62,435 nucleotides of DNA. Origin: Prevotella sp. Lineage in GTDB: Bacteria > Bacillota > Clostridia > Christensenellales > UBA1242. The notes below the pieces were generated by a model that was not told the DNA's origin, did not search any database, and worked only from the letters and a program-made list of their open reading frames with translations. How positions within the stretch are numbered: the stretch's first letter is position 1; every line of letters begins with the position of its first letter. The position numbers and the translations under genes are program-made. Location of the stretch: positions 1 to 62,435 of the forward strand of contig JAMPCO010000004.1 of the NCBI GenBank assembly GCA_023666145.1. Direction: 5' to 3'. Shown here piece by piece: positions 40,224 to 50,566 of this stretch.

Positions 40224-43200
40224 GTTTGACGATTTAATTGATGACGAAAATTCGGTTAGTTTCGATCAGCAACCTGCGACTAGTGGAACTGAAAGCACAA
40301 ATAATACAAGTGATAGTGGTGCGCCCGTCAATCCGCCTGCGTCGATTGATTCAACCGAACCAACGGTTGCGATTGATATAACTGATACAGGCAGTGATGA
40401 AATATCAAATGACACCGCAGAAATGGCCGATGACACCGCAATCACCAATGAAGTGGTGGCAACGGAACCCGACGATTCATCAGTAAAGCAAGAGGTGGTT
40501 GAACCCGACGCATCTATTGAAAATCTGGAAGCCAATCAACCATGGAAAGAACCTGCCACCCCACCAGCGCCAATCCCTAATCCTGTCGTAGAACCGAGTG
40601 TCGAGCCAGTCAATGACGTTGTGGTGGAGGTTACGGAGGAGGCTGCGGAATTGGCAAATGAGACAATGGCCACACAGGAAACGGTGGCATCAGCACCTGA
40701 ACCCGTGGTCGAGCAGAATGTGGTCGAACAGGAAATTGTGGAATCGGCAATTGTAACCGAAGTGGTGGACGAACCAGTCGTTGTGGTACCACCAAACGCA
40801 ACAGAAGCCGCGGTTGAACCCGCTGAACCCGCCCCCACGGTAACGGTCGATGAAACAACGGCGGTAACTTTGGACGCAGTTCCCGATGAAGTTTCCCAGG
40901 TGGTGGCAACGGCGGGTCATGCCAAGATTGCCAATATCGATGATGTGGTAAAATTGTCTGAAGCGGATTTGGCGGCCGAAGCCGCCGCCGCCCGCCAAGC
41001 GGCCATCATGAAGCCAATCATTGAACGGGAAGAACGCCGTCAAAAGTTGTTAGCGGAAAAAGAAAGCCGCAAGACTGCGGTTGCGACAACAGCGAATAAC
41101 ATGAGGCCTGAACCAGACAATGTCCAAAATCACGACGGCAACGATAGTGACGACGGTAACGGGGAAGACGGTATCATCGAAAAATCAGTGGCGACAATTA
41201 TGCACGAAAGTATGATTCCGTACAGTGAGTTTGTAATTTTGGATCGCGCCTTGCCCCGTGTGGAAGACGGCTTAAAACCAGTCCAACGTCGTATTTTATA
41301 CGCGATGAATGATTTGGGTTTAATGCCCGATAAACCGTTCCGTAAATCGGCGGCGATTGTCGGTGAATGTTTGGGTAAATACCACCCCCATGGTGATACT
41401 TCGGTTTACGATGCCATGGTACGTTTAGCACAACCATTTAACATGAATATGCCGTTGATTGCGGGACAAGGTAACTTCGGTTCAGATGATGGTGACCCGC
41501 CCGCCGCCATGCGTTACACCGAAGCCAAATTGGCACCATTGGCGTTAGAAATGTTGCGCGATATGGACAAAGATACGGTCACATATTCGTTGACTTATGA
41601 CGACCGTAATACGGAACCAGATACGTTACCCGCGCGTTATCCGAACTTATTAACTAACGGTAGCAGTGGTATCGCGGTCGGTTTAGCCACCAACATTCCG
41701 CCGCACAATTTAGGTGAACTGATTGATGCGCACATTGCATTCATCGATAACCCGAAAATTACTTTGAAACAAATCTTGAAAATTATTAAAGGACCAGATT
41801 TCCCGACGGCTGGTTGGATTGTGGCGGACGACAACATGATTCAGGCTTACGAAACGGGACGTGGTAAAGTCGTCATGTCGGGTAGGGTGCACATCGAAGT
41901 CGAAGGTGACAAACGGAACATTGTGATTACCGAATTGCCCTACCAAGTCAATAAAGTACAGTTACAAAAGAACATTGCCGACTTGCGTGAAAACAAAAAG
42001 GGTGATTTACAAAATATCACCGAAATTCGCGATGAATCTGACCGTAACGGGATGCGGATTTTAATTAAATTGCGCAAAGACACCGATGCGCATAAGATTG
42101 TGGAGCAATTATACAAATATACCCAGTTACGTTGTAATTTCAATTACAACATGGTGGCAATCGCGGAAGGTAAACCGCGTCAAATGGGTTTACTGCAGAT
42201 CATTGAATATTACGTCAATTATCAACGTCAGGTCATTTACAAACGTTCGGTGTTTGAATTAAACCAAGCGAAAGAACGCGCACACATTTTGGAAGGTTTG
42301 TTGGTCGCGATTAAAAACATCGACGAAGTTATCAAGATTATCAAAACCAGTAAACACACCAGTGAAGCCCGTGACCGTTTACAAAAGCGTTTCAATCTTT
42401 CCGAACGCCAGGCACAAGCGATTTTGGATTTACGTTTAGCGCGTTTAACCAATTTGGAAGTTTTGAAGGTCGAACAGGAATTAGCGGAGTTGCGTGAACT
42501 GATTGACCGTTTGACCGCGATTATCGGCAGCAAGAAGTTACAGTTTGAGGTGGTGAAAACCGAATTGTTGGCGATTAAGAAACGCTTTAAGGTTGACCGC
42601 CGCACACGTGTTGTCAGCAAATTAGAAGATGTGGCGGTGACCGCCGATGATGACGAATTGCCAGTTGAAGACATCGTTTTGACAATTACGGCAGCGGGTA
42701 ACATTCAACGTTTGGCGAAAAAACACTTTAACATGAGCAATACCGCCGCCTTTGACGGTATGCGCGAACAAGACGTGCATACGATTGCTGTATTAACCCA
42801 AACCGATAAGTTGTTACACATCTTCACTAATTTAGGTAAGTGCTACAAATTGTACGGTGGTGATGTGCCAGAATGTCGTTTGAAAGACCGTGGTATTGCT
42901 TTGCGCACGTTGTTCCCAACCGCATTGCCGCAAGAATTCCCCGTCGCCATTTATCCCGCGGTTGCCGATACTTTACCCGAATACGATTTGGTTTGGTTGT
43001 CGAAGACAGGGATGATTAAGCGTTCTAAATTTAATGATGCTTGCTCGGTCATTAAATCGGTTTTTGATGTCTACAAAATTCGCGAAGACCGTAACGATGA
43101 AATTTTGGCGGTTCAGCGTTTGCCCAAGAACCGTACGATTTTAATGATCACCAATGTGGGCAATGTGTTGAACGCCGCGACGGGTGATGTTCCCGTGCAA

Positions 43201-43596
43201 GGTCGCATTGCATCGGGTGTGAAGGGGATGCAAATGGACGACAGTGCTTGGTTAGCCGGGATTGCGACGGCGGACAATACTGGTTACGCGGTGTTGGTGA
43301 CCAATTTGGGTAATGCCAAAAAAGTTGCCATGAAAGAAATTGATAAAATGGTACGTTATCGTAAAGGTTTAACAATTGCGACCAGTATGGGCAAGGGCGA
43401 GGAAGTGATTTATGCGACCTTTGCCCGCTCTGGTGATGATTTAGTGGTGAAGACCGCGAACGGTGCTTTGTTAACGCGCAGTGTCGATAAGTTACCGAGT
43501 GCCACCCGTGTTGGTAAGATGAAAAACGTGTTTGGCAAGCAACAAATTGTCAAAGGTTGGTTGCACCGTACTAGTTTCGCGACACCAGAGTATTAA
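40216..43596 (+). CDS. parC: Type II topoisomerase A subunit (ParC/GyrA family) with long acidic N-terminal extension
   Basis: [30 protein letters not shown] catalytic Tyr, beta-pinwheel CTD with no QxRGGxG box at the canonical position; SD AGGAGG. Confidence 0.75.
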   Translation: MGEFDDLIDDENSVSFDQQPATSGTESTNNTSDSGAPVNPPASIDSTEPTVAIDITDTGSDEISNDTAEMADDTAITNEVVATEPDDSSVKQEVVEPDASIENLEANQPWKEPATPPAPIPNPVVEPSVEPVNDVVVEVTEEAAELANETMATQETVASAPEPVVEQNVVEQEIVESAIVTEVVDEPVVVVPPNATEAAVEPAEPAPTVTVDETTAVTLDAVPDEVSQVVATAGHAKIANIDDVVKLSEADLAAEAAAARQAAIMKPIIEREERRQKLLAEKESRKTAVATTANNMRPEPDNVQNHDGNDSDDGNGEDGIIEKSVATIMHESMIPYSEFVILDRALPRVEDGLKPVQRRILYAMNDLGLMPDKPFRKSAAIVGECLGKYHPHGDTSVYDAMVRLAQPFNMNMPLIAGQGNFGSDDGDPPAAMRYTEAKLAPLALEMLRDMDKDTVTYSLTYDDRNTEPDTLPARYPNLLTNGSSGIAVGLATNIPPHNLGELIDAHIAFIDNPKITLKQILKIIKGPDFPTAGWIVADDNMIQAYETGRGKVVMSGRVHIEVEGDKRNIVITELPYQVNKVQLQKNIADLRENKKGDLQNITEIRDESDRNGMRILIKLRKDTDAHKIVEQLYKYTQLRCNFNYNMVAIAEGKPRQMGLLQIIEYYVNYQRQVIYKRSVFELNQAKERAHILEGLLVAIKNIDEVIKIIKTSKHTSEARDRLQKRFNLSERQAQAILDLRLARLTNLEVLKVEQELAELRELIDRLTAIIGSKKLQFEVVKTELLAIKKRFKVDRRTRVVSKLEDVAVTADDDELPVEDIVLTITAAGNIQRLAKKHFNMSNTAAFDGMREQDVHTIAVLTQTDKLLHIFTNLGKCYKLYGGDVPECRLKDRGIALRTLFPTALPQEFPVAIYPAVADTLPEYDLVWLSKTGMIKRSKFNDACSVIKSVFDVYKIREDRNDEILAVQRLPKNRTILMITNVGNVLNAATGDVPVQGRIASGVKGMQMDDSAWLAGIATADNTGYAVLVTNLGNAKKVAMKEIDKMVRYRKGLTIATSMGKGEEVIYATFARSGDDLVVKTANGALLTRSVDKLPSATRVGKMKNVFGKQQIVKGWLHRTSFATPEY

Positions 43597-44296
43597 GGCT
43601 ACGGGCAATGATTTGCGCGCAATCGCGAATCACAACATCGATGTCTTTGGGAACGACATGGTAAATTTGACCTTTGGTTGGCGTCATAATGGTGCAGACG
43701 GGAACCCCGATGGCTAAGACTGGTACGCCTAAGAGTTTGCGGTCAATGGTTTGGTTATCGCGTCCAATTCCGCTGCCTGGGGTAATTCCACTGGTGCAGA
43801 TTTGATAGTTAGTGCCGATTCGTTCGGGTGTGGCACTGACTAAACTGTCAATCACAATTACGGCGGTAGGGTGGACAAGGTGCGTGATGGCTTGGATAGC
43901 GTCGACGGAGTTAATTCCCGTGACCCCAAACACGCACGGTTCAAAAGTCAACAATTGTTCGCCAGTATCGATTTGTTGCAAGACACAAGGTCCCAAACTG
44001 TCCGCGACGAATTTGTCGTTGCCTAAACCCACGATTAAGATTTTGCCTGTGTCGGTTAGTAAGGAAATCAAGGCTTGCCGCAGCGCGTTGACAATGTTTC
44101 GTGGCCTGCCGTGGGTGGTATCTAAATTCAAATAGGTGCCAATCGGCTTGCCAATGGAATGGGCGGCCGTGGGCGTAGATATGGTGGTTTGATGCACGGT
44201 AATTCCAGCCTGGCAAGTCGTAGATACTGCCACCCCCGACGTAGTCCGTGGGGCGCGCCGTAATAATTCACAAGCCAAATCGGTAATAGTTTCCAT
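43571..44296 (-). CDS. gpr: Germination protease GPR (short form)
   Basis: TDLACE, LIVGLGN...[32 protein letters not shown]; divergent from rpsT as in Bacillus. Confidence 0.85.
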   Translation of the reverse strand: METITDLACELLRRAPRTTSGVAVSTTCQAGITVHQTTISTPTAAHSIGKPIGTYLNLDTTHGRPRNIVNALRQALISLLTDTGKILIVGLGNDKFVADSLGPCVLQQIDTGEQLLTFEPCVFGVTGINSVDAIQAITHLVHPTAVIVIDSLVSATPERIGTNYQICTSGITPGSGIGRDNQTIDRKLLGVPVLAIGVPVCTIMTPTKGQIYHVVPKDIDVVIRDCAQIIARSLNTLVSRN

Positions 44297-44316
44297 GCTT
44301 TGATTATGGTCTAAAT

Positions 44317-44323
44317 TGTCGAA
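44317..44323 (+). promoter_or_regulatory. Candidate Spo0A box in the gpr/rpsT intergenic region
   Basis: Perfect TGTCGAA; a 7-mer can occur by chance. Confidence 0.35.
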
Positions 44324-44383
44324 AAAAAGTTCCCAAGAAAAAGACTTGCAAAATTGGGGCAATTCCTGTATAATAACCCCTAT

Positions 44384-44671
44384 ATGGCGAATATTAAAAG
44401 TGCAATCAAAAGAATCAATGTGACGAAAACCAAACAATCGCAAAATCGTCCCATTAAAACCAATATTTCGAGCGAAATCAAAAAATTCCAAGCGGCTTTG
44501 GCGGCCAAAGAATTAAAACACGCCGAAACACAGTTAAATGTGGTCTTTTCGGTGTTGGACGCAGCGGCAATCGATAATGTAATTCACAAAAATAAAGCGA
44601 ACCGTCAAAAGGCGAAATTGGCGGCGGCATTAAGCAAAGCACAGAACGCGAAAAGCAAAAAAAGTGCGTAA
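44384..44671 (+). CDS. rpsT: 30S ribosomal protein S20
   Basis: MANIKSAIKR...IHKNKANR; promoter TTGCAA-17-TATAAT immediately upstream. Confidence 0.95.
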   Translation: MANIKSAIKRINVTKTKQSQNRPIKTNISSEIKKFQAALAAKELKHAETQLNVVFSVLDAAAIDNVIHKNKANRQKAKLAAALSKAQNAKSKKSA

Positions 44672-44977
44672 TTAAGGACGGGGTGGTTCCACTTTTTTAC
44701 CGTTCACATAAATGCGCTTTTCGTTGATCGCTACCTTTTTTAGCAGGGCATCTTTCAATGAAATCCCGAGAATTTCGGCCAATCCCAGTGTGTAAATGAC
44801 GATATCAGCCAATTCTAAACTGATGGCTTCGGTGTCCATTTCTTTGTTCCAAGCATCGTAGGCTTCGGCGACTTCGCCGTATAAAAGCGCAAATTCTTGA
44901 TGAACGTTGGTTACGTTAAAATGTTTCTTGACTTTGTTTTGGTAAATTTTCTTTTGCAGTTCGTTTAAGTCAACCAT
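44672..44977 (-). CDS. MazG-like nucleotide pyrophosphohydrolase
   Basis: LLYGEVAEAY, ELADIVIY, K...NEKR. Confidence 0.8.
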   Translation of the reverse strand: MVDLNELQKKIYQNKVKKHFNVTNVHQEFALLYGEVAEAYDAWNKEMDTEAISLELADIVIYTLGLAEILGISLKDALLKKVAINEKRIYVNGKKVEPPRP

Positions 44978-45005
44978 GTTGAGTTTTCCTTTTGTTGGAT
45001 TGTTT

Positions 45006-45938
45006 TTATTTTTTGACAACTAATTTGCCGAAAAATGCACGGACTTTGCTTTTGCCTTTAATGGTAATCGTATGCGAACCGAAAGATTTTTTGTTGCTGA
45101 TACGATACAATTCTTCCGCAATCGTTTCGGGGGCGGCACCCGTTTGTTCCGCGTATTCTAAACGTCCGATGTCGTTGCTGATGCGATAGCGGTAGGCTTT
45201 ATTGGTAGAATCTTGCTTGATCCTGTTTTCGGTAAAATTAGTTTTGCAGGTCGACAAAGACACGGTCGTAACGTCAATCTTCAATGGTTCAATTTCCTTA
45301 CGCAATGCAATGGTAAAGGTTTCAACGGCTTTTTTGCTGGCGGAATAAATGCTGTTAAAGGCCGGGGCAGTGTTGGCCAGTGCGCAAGAGATGTTAATGA
45401 TTTTACCTTTACGGTGTTCGCGCATAAACGGAATCACGGCTTGGCAAGCGCTGACAACCCCCAAGAAATTGGTGTTCATGACTTTGACAATGTCGGTGGT
45501 TAATAGTTCTTCGACCGCACCCGTTAAGCCAATCCCCGCATTGTTGATTAAAACGTCAATTTGACCTTCTTTATTGTAAACTTTGCGGATGGATTCTTTG
45601 ATTGAATCGGGGTTAGAGACATCGGTCTCGATAAAATTGATGTTGTCGTCGTTGCCTTTTTCGCGGGATAAATTATACACGATGTCGGCGTACAACGAAA
45701 AACAGTGTGCTGCTGCCAACCCAATACCCGAAGAGGCACCAGTAATGACCACCACGCGTTTGTGCCAAGTCGATGGGTCAGTTAAAGCGGTGGTCACATC
45801 GCTCAGTGGTTTGTTGGGGGCGTCCATTTGTTCGGAGTCTAAACGCTTTTCCAAAACACTGATGGCGTCGTCTAAATCTAACGGTTCATCAGTTGAGATT
45901 TGGTAATCATCTTGTCCTAAATTGAATTTATTTTTCAT
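45006..45938 (-). CDS. SDR family NAD(P)-dependent oxidoreductase with acidic N-terminal extension
   Basis: TGASSGIG, NNAG, YSASK. Confidence 0.85.
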   Translation of the reverse strand: MKNKFNLGQDDYQISTDEPLDLDDAISVLEKRLDSEQMDAPNKPLSDVTTALTDPSTWHKRVVVITGASSGIGLAAAHCFSLYADIVYNLSREKGNDDNINFIETDVSNPDSIKESIRKVYNKEGQIDVLINNAGIGLTGAVEELLTTDIVKVMNTNFLGVVSACQAVIPFMREHRKGKIINISCALANTAPAFNSIYSASKKAVETFTIALRKEIEPLKIDVTTVSLSTCKTNFTENRIKQDSTNKAYRYRISNDIGRLEYAEQTGAAPETIAEELYRISNKKSFGSHTITIKGKSKVRAFFGKLVVKK

Positions 45939-46038
45939 ACCATTCATAGTATACTACTCTTAACACCTTTTCTCAACAGATTTTTGAATTTTATTGTTAA
46001 TTTGACAACCGATTTTGGTTGGGTATACCATGTTACAT

Positions 46039-47220
46039 ATGGAAATATCGGTAATAGCAACGACGCATCCTGATTATCAAACTCCCAAAAAGGAATTAGA
46101 CCGTTTCGGCGGTATGGCGGCAGGGGTGTGCTACATGGCACACGATTTCGCCACTTTACGGGCGGAAGACGAAGCGAAGACATTTCGGCGTGCGGATTTA
46201 ACCAAGCACAACGGACATCACAGTGTTTATGACCATGCGACGATTACGTTGTATTTGCACTGTATCCCACGCATTTTGGAAGGGATGTTGGACAATGAAC
46301 GTTACATGGTTTCTTCGGTGAAAAGTGGTCGTTATACTTTGCACCCGTTGCCCGACGATGAACAAAAACTTTATGATAAATGGCAGGCAAAATTTGAATC
46401 CTTAATTCGTGAAACTTACCAAGGTGATTATCCACAGTATTTTACCGATAACAAAATTAAAAAACTGGCGATGGAAAACGCACGTTATTTAACCAGTTGC
46501 TTTACGATGGTTTCCATGTTGCACACTGTTTCGTACCGACAGTTAAATTACTTATACGGTTTTTTCCATGATTACGCGGCCAAAATTGCGGACAGCAAAA
46601 ATCCGTTTGAACAGAAATTGCATCCGTATATTGTGGATTTTATCGAACAGTTAAAAGGCACGGGTTACATTGACGCAGTTTTGATGCAAAACGGGAAAGG
46701 GCGTCAGGTATCCATGTTTCGCGAACATCCCGTTCAAGAATATTTTGGTGATGTTTATGCCACCAATTTCCGTTGTTCGTTCGCGGTCTATATGCATTTG
46801 AACCGTCACCGTACTTTGAAGTATGCCATGAAAACGCCTGCAGTTCCCAAAGATTTAGAGTTTTATGTGCCGGAAATTATCGCCGACAAGCCCGATTTAC
46901 GCCAAGCATGGTTGGCGGATTTAGACCGTTTACGCGACCATTATCCGCAAGCCATGTTGGTTGATGTGAGTGAAATGGGAAACTTGGAAGATTTTGTGCT
47001 GAAGGCAATTGAACGTAAGTGTTCGTCGGTGTTATTGGAAACGACGCGCGTAGTCAACGGGGTCTTGCAAAAATATCAGCAAGCCTTGACGGCTGCCGGA
47101 CACGACGGTGCCCAAACTTTGGCCACCATGCAAAAAGGTGCCAAATGCACCTTTCCGAATTTTAAGTGTCCCAGTCCTTGCGGTTTTGCGTTGGGCGTGA
47201 ATGAAAAACGTAAAATTTAA
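46039..47220 (+). CDS. thyX: FAD-dependent thymidylate synthase ThyX-like (long two-domain form)
   Basis: GHHSVYDH, SGRY, ENARY, second-domain LNRHRT; TTGACA-18-TACCAT ends 7 nt before the ATG. Confidence 0.7.
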   Translation: MEISVIATTHPDYQTPKKELDRFGGMAAGVCYMAHDFATLRAEDEAKTFRRADLTKHNGHHSVYDHATITLYLHCIPRILEGMLDNERYMVSSVKSGRYTLHPLPDDEQKLYDKWQAKFESLIRETYQGDYPQYFTDNKIKKLAMENARYLTSCFTMVSMLHTVSYRQLNYLYGFFHDYAAKIADSKNPFEQKLHPYIVDFIEQLKGTGYIDAVLMQNGKGRQVSMFREHPVQEYFGDVYATNFRCSFAVYMHLNRHRTLKYAMKTPAVPKDLEFYVPEIIADKPDLRQAWLADLDRLRDHYPQAMLVDVSEMGNLEDFVLKAIERKCSSVLLETTRVVNGVLQKYQQALTAAGHDGAQTLATMQKGAKCTFPNFKCPSPCGFALGVNEKRKI

Positions 47221-47221
47221 T

Positions 47222-47434
47222 TTACGCCAACCAAACCAAATCTTTGTGTACGCACATACAAATTATATCCATAATCCACAAAATATTCCAACCGAAGAAA
47301 ATGCGTAAAACGGCAAAGCCATATTGTTCACGTTGGAAGCAAACGATAATACCGAAGATACAACCCACAATGGGTAAAATTGAAATAATGAGTGAGGGAA
47401 TGAAGCCCAATCCAAAATAAGCGCGTTGTGCCAT
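47222..47434 (-). CDS. Small hydrophobic membrane protein (70 aa)
   Basis: Mostly hydrophobic ORF with its own promoter TTGCAC-17-TATAAT ending 5 nt before the ATG. Confidence 0.65.
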   Translation of the reverse strand: MAQRAYFGLGFIPSLIISILPIVGCIFGIIVCFQREQYGFAVLRIFFGWNILWIMDIICMCVHKDLVWLA

Positions 47435-47544
47435 GGGGTATTATAAACTGCCAATCTTCGATTGTGCAAGCGTTTTTACGTAATTTGTTGTTTTTTCTTT
47501 ACAAAAGCAAAAAAAAAGACTATAATAACGTGTTATCAGTGCTT

Positions 47545-47620
47545 GCTGTTGTAGCACAGTCGGTAGTGCACCGCCTTGGTAAGGCGGAGGTCGACGGTTC
47601 AAGTCCGTTCAACAGCTCCA
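47545..47620 (+). tRNA. tRNA-Thr(GGT)
   Basis: Full cloverleaf, anticodon arm CCGCC-TTGGTAA-GGCGG, CCA end; promoter TTTACA-17-TATAAT at 47498-47526. Confidence 0.96.
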
Positions 47621-47669
47621 TGAAATATACAAAAAGATTACTCAATGTTAGAAGTAGGGAAAAGTTAAA

Positions 47670-48188
47670 ATGCAAGTGTACAGGTTGTGTGGAGAAGATG
47701 AAATTAATGAAATTTTAAACAACCGAGAGTTCACTGGTATTGGACAAAATTTTCAGAATGATAAAAGAAAAAATAATTTTATCTATCTCCCTGGAACAAA
47801 ATACCTGCACTTTTTTCGGGAGAAAAGTTCAATTTTATATCTAAATCCGATTAAAAATCGTTTTATTTGTTGTTATGACATTCCAAACTCAATCCTTGTA
47901 CAGAGAAGTGGAACAGGAAAATATTGGGATTTTATGAATTTCAAGAAAATGATGCTCGTAGCCGAATATGCGATTGAAAGTGAACTAGTAAAGTTTGAAT
48001 ATCTACAGAATGTTGGTAAAATTACTTCGGATATAGATTATGAAGATTTTTTAACTGACCCGGCTCTCAAATGTTTTGTAAAAACAATTTATTGCAAACA
48101 AAATTATATTGATAAAAGTTTAGAGAAAAATAGACAACAAAAAGGAACAGATGCTGATATCGTAAGGTCTGTTGAATTGGAACGTTAA
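47670..48188 (+). CDS. Hypothetical protein, AT-rich (likely acquired)
   Basis: 172-aa ORF right after tRNA-Thr, visibly more AT-rich with AGA codons unlike its neighbours. Confidence 0.6.
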   Translation: MQVYRLCGEDEINEILNNREFTGIGQNFQNDKRKNNFIYLPGTKYLHFFREKSSILYLNPIKNRFICCYDIPNSILVQRSGTGKYWDFMNFKKMMLVAEYAIESELVKFEYLQNVGKITSDIDYEDFLTDPALKCFVKTIYCKQNYIDKSLEKNRQQKGTDADIVRSVELER

Positions 48189-48335
48189 AATATTAAATTT
48201 TGCAAAAATCAAAAATCGACATAATTTACTAGTCCATTTGTGGGTGTTCTCCGTAGCCGATTAGCAGGTGAAATTGTTGTCATTGTGGCGTTGTATATGT
48301 TATGCTGAATTGGAAACACAATTTGTCAAAACATT

Positions 48336-48551
48336 ATGATTAAATTGAATTTAGATCAAGTCATGAAGGAACAGAAGGTCAAACTGAAAGACCTGGCTGA
48401 AGAAATTGGTTTGACCGATGCGAATTTATCCAACATCAAAACGGGTAAGGTTTTCGCAATTCGCTTTTCCACCTTGAATGCGTTGTGTAAAGCCCTAAAT
48501 TGTCAGCCTGCCGATATTTTGGAATATGTTGATGATGAACCATCGCATTAA
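48336..48551 (+). CDS. XRE/Cro-type HTH regulator (YozG-like)
   Basis: LAEEIGLTDANLSNIKTGK..AIRFSTL..LC..L.CQPADILEY. Confidence 0.88.
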   Translation: MIKLNLDQVMKEQKVKLKDLAEEIGLTDANLSNIKTGKVFAIRFSTLNALCKALNCQPADILEYVDDEPSH

Positions 48552-48566
48552 GCGGAACTGTTCTTT

Positions 48567-49301
48567 TTATTCTGTGGCGTGTCGATCCAAGGCTTTGTAA
48601 ATATTAAGGATTGCGGCAGGGTTAGTTTGTTCGATTTGGGCGAGCCAATTTTTGGTTTCTTGGCGTTTGCCAATTTTTTCGCATTGACCTAACGGGCAGC
48701 CGCAGTGAATGAATTGGAGTTCGTTGGCGTCACGCCAGTGGATAATGTCACGTTCACGTTCTAAACAAAACGGACGGATTAAAGTCATGCCAGGAAAGTT
48801 TTGACTGACAATTTTGACGGGCATGGTTTTGATTTGGGCGTTTTGGGTTAAGTTCATCATAATCGTTTCCGCAATGTCATCTAAATGATGTGCCAGTGCA
48901 ATTTTATTACAACCGCGTGCTTGGGCAGCGGCGTATAAGTTACCACGACGCATCCGTGCGCAAAGGTAGCAGGGCGCTCCACCCGCTTGTGAGACCACAT
49001 CAAAAATCGGGGCAGTGAAAAAATCGAGCGGAATCCCCAGTTGTGCCGCGGTGCGTTCAATGGTCGCACGGTCGGCAGGACGGTAACCTGGGTCCATACA
49101 CAAATAAATTACAGTAAAATTTTGGCGTTGCGCCAAACGGCTTTGACGGCATAATTCTTGCATACACAAGGCCAGCGCAAAACTGTCTTTGCCACCCGAA
49201 ACGCAAACCGCGATTTTATCGCCCTCATCAATTAAATGGTAGCGGTCAATTGCGCGGATAAATGCGGGCCAAAGGTGTTTGTTTTTAGAAATAGATTTCA
49301 T
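48567..49301 (-). CDS. ttcA: tRNA 2-thiocytidine biosynthesis TtcA-family protein
   Basis: PP-loop SGGKDS, CYLCARMRRG, ALAHHLDD, IRP, CGCP. Confidence 0.85.
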   Translation of the reverse strand: MKSISKNKHLWPAFIRAIDRYHLIDEGDKIAVCVSGGKDSFALALCMQELCRQSRLAQRQNFTVIYLCMDPGYRPADRATIERTAAQLGIPLDFFTAPIFDVVSQAGGAPCYLCARMRRGNLYAAAQARGCNKIALAHHLDDIAETIMMNLTQNAQIKTMPVKIVSQNFPGMTLIRPFCLERERDIIHWRDANELQFIHCGCPLGQCEKIGKRQETKNWLAQIEQTNPAAILNIYKALDRHATE

Positions 49302-50559
49302 GCTTTTTGACAATGTTACGTTTGGCACGCAATTTCATATCACGGCTGTTCACGTTAATGTTGATGCGCCCTTTGGTCACATCAATTTCAAGGTTGTCGC
49401 CATTTTGTATGTTCGCAAAATCCTGGTTCGCATAACCGTCGGGGCTGATGTGTGCCACGGTCAAAACTGGGGTTGCGGCACAAAGTCCGTCGGTCAACAG
49501 GGCAATCGTAGCGGTTTTTTGCATGGCGGCAATGGTGTGTGCCACAATTGAAACATCGCAACCCGTGCAATTTTGTAAAACGATGATACCACTGTCAATC
49601 GCATTTGACGACAATGCGGTCATTGCGTCGGCAATCGTATGGTAAACCCAAGCCTGACCTGCCATTGTCAGTGGAGCGATATTTTGGGAAACCGCATAGG
49701 CTTGATCGGCCAAAGTGGTTTTTAAGGGTGTATAAAGATTCGGCGTAACTTTCAAATCGACCAAATCAAAGATGCTTTGGAAAAGTAATAAGCCAGCCAC
49801 ACTGCCACCAGCATTTTTGTATTGTTCCAATTTTTCGTTAATGGTGCGTTTGCTGATTAAACGTTTGGTGGTAATAATGTCATCGGCGCGTTGTAAAATG
49901 GTGGTAGCAACGGTCAAAGCCAAATTCAAAGTTGTCCCCGAGTCCGCTGACATGGTCGCAGTATTCGGTAACAGCAATTCAAAGGCTTCCGCCAAACGGT
50001 AGAAATCCATGGTTAAGGTATCCGACGGTGCAGTACCGTTGTGATGCACATAGTTATCGGCCACTTGTTCGACTTCACCAGCCTTAATCGCGCGCAGTGC
50101 AATCTTACCAGTGGCATCCACAATACTGTTATCCGCGTTAGTGTTAACACCAATTGGCATGATTAAAACAGGGCAGTTCGTGTTCGTACAACCGATTAAC
50201 ACACCCAAACCCATGACATAATTGTCGACTACGGCGACGATGCCATCCAACATTTGGGTACGGACGATGCCAGCCGTGTTGCTCGCCACCAAATCACGGT
50301 AGTTTGCCGCGTACTTGGCGGTGGCGGGTGCCATGCGTTGCAACGCGTTAAAATTGGTCAAGTGAAAGGTCAAGGGCAAACCACCACCTTGACGGATACC
50401 GCAAATTAAATTTTGGATAATCGCTTCGCTGCCATTTTGGGTGCAATCGAGAATACCAATCACTGTGGCATTGGTGTTACCTTGTAACGGTAAACCATGG
50501 GCTGCCAAATCGGCCTGTTTTAACAGACGCGTACTTTTATCAAAAGTTTTGAGATTCAT
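49285..50559 (-). CDS. Degenerate dihydroxy-acid dehydratase (IlvD/Edd) homolog
   Basis: C-terminal ALLTDG...AHISPDG...IQNGDNLEIDV..GRINI and N-terminal RDLVA...LDGIV match the IlvD outline; catalytic motifs altered. Confidence 0.6.
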   Translation of the reverse strand: MNLKTFDKSTRLLKQADLAAHGLPLQGNTNATVIGILDCTQNGSEAIIQNLICGIRQGGGLPLTFHLTNFNALQRMAPATAKYAANYRDLVASNTAGIVRTQMLDGIVAVVDNYVMGLGVLIGCTNTNCPVLIMPIGVNTNADNSIVDATGKIALRAIKAGEVEQVADNYVHHNGTAPSDTLTMDFYRLAEAFELLLPNTATMSADSGTTLNLALTVATTILQRADDIITTKRLISKRTINEKLEQYKNAGGSVAGLLLFQSIFDLVDLKVTPNLYTPLKTTLADQAYAVSQNIAPLTMAGQAWVYHTIADAMTALSSNAIDSGIIVLQNCTGCDVSIVAHTIAAMQKTATIALLTDGLCAATPVLTVAHISPDGYANQDFANIQNGDNLEIDVTKGRININVNSRDMKLRAKRNIVKKHEIYF

Positions 50560-50566
50560 TCCTTGA

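Noticed and set aside
38211-43596. Calling the pair DNA gyrase gyrBA
   Set aside because: No GyrA box at the canonical CTD position and no dnaA-recF context, so topoisomerase IV-like is preferred, though unproven without a phylogeny.
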